Notes under the pieces: generated by a model
Told to the model about the DNA's origin: nothing
The model's database searches: none
Seen by the model: only the letters and a program-made list of their open reading frames with translations
From: Candidatus Latescibacterota bacterium
GTDB taxonomy: Bacteria > Latescibacterota > UBA2968
Reading direction: 5' to 3'
Length of the DNA: 64,000 nucleotides
NCBI GenBank assembly: GCA_965204375.1
Contig: OZ241986.1
Coordinates: 800,001 to 864,000, forward strand
Program-made: the position numbers and the translations under genes
Shown: positions 61,594-64,000 of the stretch, piece after piece
Layout: every line of letters starts with the position of its first letter
How positions within the stretch are numbered: the stretch's first letter is position 1

Positions 61594-61740
61594 ATTGACC
61601 AAATCCACGAGACCGGCCTCGAACCGACTGAACCGTCTCCGCTTTTGCCTCCGATCAATCAGGATGAAATAGAACTTCTCTGCTGGATGGGTATTGAGCC
61701 TGAAAGTGAGTCTCTAGCAAATAAGGAAGCGAAAATATGA
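61594..61740 (+). pseudogene. 3' remnant of a gene, resembling the C-terminus of PLD/SNF2-helicase defence proteins
   Basis: IDQIHETGLEP...LPPINQDEIELLCWMGI; no start; stop overlaps the next ATG (ATGA). Confidence 0.45.
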
Positions 61741-62273
61741 AATATTTACCCTGTCGAATCTGGAGTATAGCGGCTTCTGGAAAATCTCTTTCTGATGGAG
61801 ATGTGGAAAGGATAAATTCGCCACGAGCGGGCGGCTGGTACCTCATTACTCTGGAAGCCATCACACGATTGCCGTAACTCGACGAACGCGGCAAAGCACG
61901 TTTAACCTCGTGGTTGGTTGATCAGCGGCGATTGGGCGTCAAATGTCCGGAAATATTCCAAAAAACGATCACGGATGCGGAACAGCAAAAGGACTTGTCC
62001 GTCCACGAGCGGGCAGATAGGCTTCTCCAGTACATTGAAGCTCAAACTGTAGAGATTGGCACACAATGTATTTTCACGCCCGAAGAAATGCTCAAAACAG
62101 CGATAGGAGCATGGTCGGAATCCCTCAGCCAGGAAGAGGTGCTATATCTATTAAAATATTTGGATAAACAGGGTTGGATAGCACTACGTGAATATCCTCC
62201 AAGCAAATACAACATAGAGGTTGGATACACCCTAACGGTCGAGGGATACGCTCGCCTTGTCACAGAGCAATAA
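61737..62273 (+). pseudogene. disrupted putative defence gene with one in-frame stop, probably lacking its C-terminal effector domain
   Basis: MKYLPCRIW...NSPRAGGWY...RLP[TAA 61875-61877]LDERGKARLTSWLVDQRRLG continues in frame into ORF 61914-62273. Confidence 0.8.
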
Positions 62274-62317
62274 TTGGTTTGTTATCAAACCCTGAATGGC
62301 GTACATTTAACCACAAC

Positions 62318-62351
62318 AAAAAAGGCCGTGTCCCAATGAAAGACACGGCCT
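62318..62351 (-). terminator. intrinsic terminator-like hairpin, U-tract on the minus strand
   Basis: A6 tract; stem AGGCCGTGTC-N9-GACACGGCCT. Confidence 0.7.
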
Positions 62352-62563
62352 CCAAGACTATCAATACCTACCTGTTAAGCTTAAATTTACTTCAATTCAA
62401 AATTTCTGGCAATTCAAAACGCTCTGGATATTTTGAATTGTCGTGTTAATACCGGGGCTCGCTGTCATCCTTCTCCCGAACCCGCGCGAGTCCCCAGAGG
62501 GCAGTAGGCAGTTTACCAAAGGTCTCTATGTCCTGCCGCCCTCATAGCATAAAGGAGGCTTAG

Positions 62564-62791
62564 ATGACGCATTATGAGAATTGGACACGGCTTACGGAAA
62601 TCGGATATGTGGATAGATATAGTCCAAGACCCAGGGGTATTAGATTTCCCGATGGGCGGTCTGAGTCGTTCCATAGGAGATGGATAAACGTGCTGAGAGC
62701 TGTCACAAAATGGCTTATAATGACTGGAAAGTTGACAGAGGAAAACGCTCGGATACGGCATCGAGATCTGCGAGATTTTTGGGTTTTGTGA
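62564..62791 (+). CDS. short ORF, probably a gene fragment (restriction-system-associated domain-like)
   Basis: AAGGAGG SD; PRGIRFPDG...WINVLRAVTKWLI..GKL; stop overlaps the downstream GTG. Confidence 0.5.
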   Translation: MTHYENWTRLTEIGYVDRYSPRPRGIRFPDGRSESFHRRWINVLRAVTKWLIMTGKLTEENARIRHRDLRDFWVL

Positions 62792-63729
62792 CTAACAATA
62801 CGTTATTGCTGTTTCAACGGTTATACGATTATAATCTGCGAAAGTTCGGCAAGTTCCTAATGGAACTCAACGAGGACCTCGATTCGTTTTCAGATCTTTT
62901 GGGATTGCACATAAACCAGCAAATAAGAATCGGGAATAGCGTACCGGATGGCTTTATCGTCCAGCATCCGTTAAAAATTGTTGTCGAAACGAAAATGCAT
63001 GAAGGGTTCAGCAAGTCGCAGCTTCGTAGGCACTTGGATACAAAATCAAACCACGAACACACCGACTTGGTCCTAATGTTGTTAAGCCCGCAGGGAGAAC
63101 CAGACGAGAAACTGGTTGCAAGCCTGCGGGATGATAAGACAAAAATTGTTATTACTTCATTTCGAGATATAATTGGTGCTGCCAGAAGGTGTTTATCAGA
63201 GCACGATGAAGATATGAACGCCCTTGTAGATGATTATGAGGCATTTTGTAGCGAGTCTGATTTGCTGCCGCGGGACGATTATACTTTATTCATCCCCCCT
63301 TGTGGTGAATCGTATGAGGTGAACGCACGACTAAAACTCTATTGGTGTCCAGACTACCGGAATATACGAAAGTCAAAATACTTAGGAATTTACACTAATA
63401 AAGCAGTGCGGCATATTGGCCGTATAAGGGAAGTGGTTAGTTGCCACTTGAATGAGGACGGAAATCTGAATGTTATTGAGGGGAAGCCAGACAGCGATGA
63501 GCAAGAGCGAATTAAGATGGCTATGCAAGAAGGAGGGGTTAGCCAAGGTCATAAATTCTTTTTGTGTTCTGAAATGGAGGAGACATTTTTTCAGAAGCAG
63601 ACGAAAGGCGGCATGCAAAGGCATCGCTACTTCGACTTGGGGGCAGACGTATTTAGGGAAGATGAAAATATGCCGAATAGTCTTGCAGAACTCGCGGAGG
63701 AACTCAGGAAAATTCCTTGGCCATCCTAA
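62788..63729 (+). CDS. PD-(D/E)XK nuclease-like protein, N-terminus probably truncated
   Basis: VTNNTLLLF, SVPDGFI....KIVVETK, SQLRRH; frame open from 62680 but protein-like sequence starts near GTG 62788. Confidence 0.75.
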   Translation: MTNNTLLLFQRLYDYNLRKFGKFLMELNEDLDSFSDLLGLHINQQIRIGNSVPDGFIVQHPLKIVVETKMHEGFSKSQLRRHLDTKSNHEHTDLVLMLLSPQGEPDEKLVASLRDDKTKIVITSFRDIIGAARRCLSEHDEDMNALVDDYEAFCSESDLLPRDDYTLFIPPCGESYEVNARLKLYWCPDYRNIRKSKYLGIYTNKAVRHIGRIREVVSCHLNEDGNLNVIEGKPDSDEQERIKMAMQEGGVSQGHKFFLCSEMEETFFQKQTKGGMQRHRYFDLGADVFREDENMPNSLAELAEELRKIPWPS

Positions 63730-63895
63730 TATAAGAATTTCAGATTATCTGCGACCGCAGATTCTTACATGACGTCCAAGATGGCTTGTGTGTTTTTGTC
63801 TGCGACTATCAGCAGTGTGCAGGCAGCACTTTGATGGACGACAGCGACCCTGACCCAATTTTGCAATAGTAATGAAAATAAAAAAGGACAGCACG

Positions 63896-64000
63896 ATGAT
63901 GGACCAAACAATTCTGGACAACATCATCCGTCGAATTGTGGAAGTGGCTGATCCGGAGAAGATCATTCTGTTCGGGTCTGCTGCGAGAGGCGACATGAAC
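63896..64000 (+). CDS. minimal nucleotidyltransferase (MNT, HEPN/MNT antitoxin type), partial
   Basis: MMDQTILDNIIRRIVEVADPEKIILFGSAARGDMN; AAGGA SD; runs off the window. Confidence 0.9.
   Translation, partial: MMDQTILDNIIRRIVEVADPEKIILFGSAARGDMN

Noticed and set aside
61875-61877. Stop-codon recoding or readthrough
   Set aside because: TAA terminates many genes in this window; a nonsense mutation or sequencing error is simpler.
62454-62545. HDV-like ribozyme or known riboswitch
   Set aside because: I could not fit the required pseudoknot or consensus nucleotides; kept only as an unassigned structure.
63842-63855. CAGCGACCCTGACC resembling the type-1 module junction CAGCGACCCCGACC
   Set aside because: A short match with no flanking similarity; compatible with chance.

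Overview
Bacterial accessory region, probably from a marine Ca. Latescibacterota-like organism. This is inferred from a paired DFDGxxxVxIADFLAFxxxFG dockerin-like tag, a DUF1552/DUF1592 pair and six sulfatase-family genes. Bases 1-53.4 kb hold long co-oriented runs of catabolic and accessory genes: sulfatases, glycosidases, PhyH dioxygenases, SAM methyltransferases, GNATs, transporters and katG. Bases 53.6-64 kb form a defence island with an AAA ATPase, an intact type III R-M mod/res pair, several broken defence genes, a PD-(D/E)XK nuclease and the start of an MNT nucleotidyltransferase. I found no rRNA, tRNA, CRISPR array, transposase or integrase. The most unusual signal is architectural. 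Two different promoter + RBS + first-codons modules each occur twice (about 88-91% identical) with unrelated genes behind them. One copy is split at its -10 box by a 1.1 kb gene-bearing insert flanked by a 6-bp duplication. The gene runs also contain many 5' and 3' gene stubs and switch GC skew from gene to gene. Together this suggests promoter-anchored gene capture or replacement, integron-like but with no visible attC sites or integrase. All family assignments are by motif recognition and recall, not database searches.
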